Part shown: positions 63,431 to 64,000 of the stretch, in pieces | Position numbering within the stretch: the first letter of the stretch is position 1 | Layout: the number at the start of each line of letters is the position of its first letter | Assembly: GCA_963798085.1 (NCBI GenBank) | Contig: CAWCRS010000001.1 | Coordinates: forward strand, 384,001-448,000 | DNA from: an uncultured Gemmatimonadales bacterium | GTDB lineage: Bacteria; Gemmatimonadota; Gemmatimonadetes; Longimicrobiales; RSA9 | Direction of reading: 5' to 3' | Length of the DNA: 64,000 bases | The notes under the pieces: model-generated | The model's input: only the letters and a program-made list of their open reading frames with translations | Told to the model about the DNA's origin: nothing | The model's database searches: none | Program-made: the position numbers and the translations under genes

Positions 63431-64000
63431 ATGGAAGACGGCCGGGACCTACCGAAGCGCCCAGTCGTCCGTGACGGACCGAAGCTTCTCGAACAGGTCG
63501 CGGCTGCGTGCCGCGCGCGGCAGTTCAGCGACCGCACCGTGGAAGCGTATTCCGGCTGGGTCCGTCGTTTCGTGCTCTTCCACGGGAAGCGTCACCCCCG
63601 CGAGCTGGACGGCCCCGCCGTTTGCGCGTTCCTCACGCACCTCGCCGCCGAGCAGCGCATGAGCGCGTCGACGCAGCGGCAGGCGGCGAGTGCTCTGCTG
63701 TTCCTCTACGAGCAGGTGCTCCGTCTGCCGATCGTTGTGCCCGAAGGCGTGATCCGGCCGCAGCGGCCGTTGCGGTTGCCCATCGTCCTGTCACGCGCCG
63801 AAGTGCGTCTGGTACTCGACGAAGTGCAGGGCCCATCGCGACTGGTGACCCGCCTCCTCTACGGCGCCGGCCTCCGGCTGATGGAAGCGCTCTCGATCCG
63901 CGTCAAGGACCTCGCCTTCGAGCGTGGCGAGATCGCCGTGCGTGGCGGCAAGGGCGGCCACGACCGGATCGCCATCCTCCCGGCCGCCCTCGCCGAGCCT
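63431..64000 (+). CDS. intI: Integron integrase-like tyrosine recombinase, runs off window end (absent from ORF track)
   Basis: Hand translation: PKLLEQV..RTVEAYSGWVRRFVLFHGKRHP..FLTHLA..SASTQRQAASALLFLY..LPIVLSRAEV..LLYGAGLRLME..RVKD..VRGGKGGHDR. Confidence 0.9.
   Translation, partial: MEDGRDLPKRPVVRDGPKLLEQVAAACRARQFSDRTVEAYSGWVRRFVLFHGKRHPRELDGPAVCAFLTHLAAEQRMSASTQRQAASALLFLYEQVLRLPIVVPEGVIRPQRPLRLPIVLSRAEVRLVLDEVQGPSRLVTRLLYGAGLRLMEALSIRVKDLAFERGEIAVRGGKGGHDRIAILPAALAEP

Overview
High-GC bacterial chromosomal segment. The gene content (ADOP-type permease, VPS10/BNR propeller protein, Ser/Thr kinase with TolB-like propeller, 6-bladed propeller lipoprotein, GWxTD-like protein, Gly/Arg-rich secreted peptidases) suggests Gemmatimonadota or a similar lineage; this is inference. 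Many genes are split by single-base frameshifts, most likely long-read assembly errors. The most interesting locus is a minus-strand cluster at 8894-15015. It encodes a GAF-GAF-membrane-fusion protein, a lipoprotein RND-type adaptor, a PqqD/RRE-like + M50 site-2 protease + membrane-fusion triple fusion, a Crp/Fnr regulator, and two tandem small ORFs (50 and 56 aa) missing from the ORF track. The two peptides share a 45-aa leader ending in EELEERIAP and differ in short tails. This reads as a leader-directed peptide processing/export (RiPP-like or signalling) system with no ABC ATPase or modifying enzyme. Also present: a family of 187-232 bp elements bounded by CGGACCGTCTTGGCGTTC inverted repeats, two other dispersed intergenic repeat families, a head-to-head deletion joint between Fic and DUF433 remnants next to a VapC45-like toxin, a potABCD-like operon, aqpZ with an altered selectivity filter, and an integron-integrase gene at the right edge divergent from an orphan UpxY/NusG-type antiterminator. 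No CRISPR array, rRNA or tRNA was recognised.
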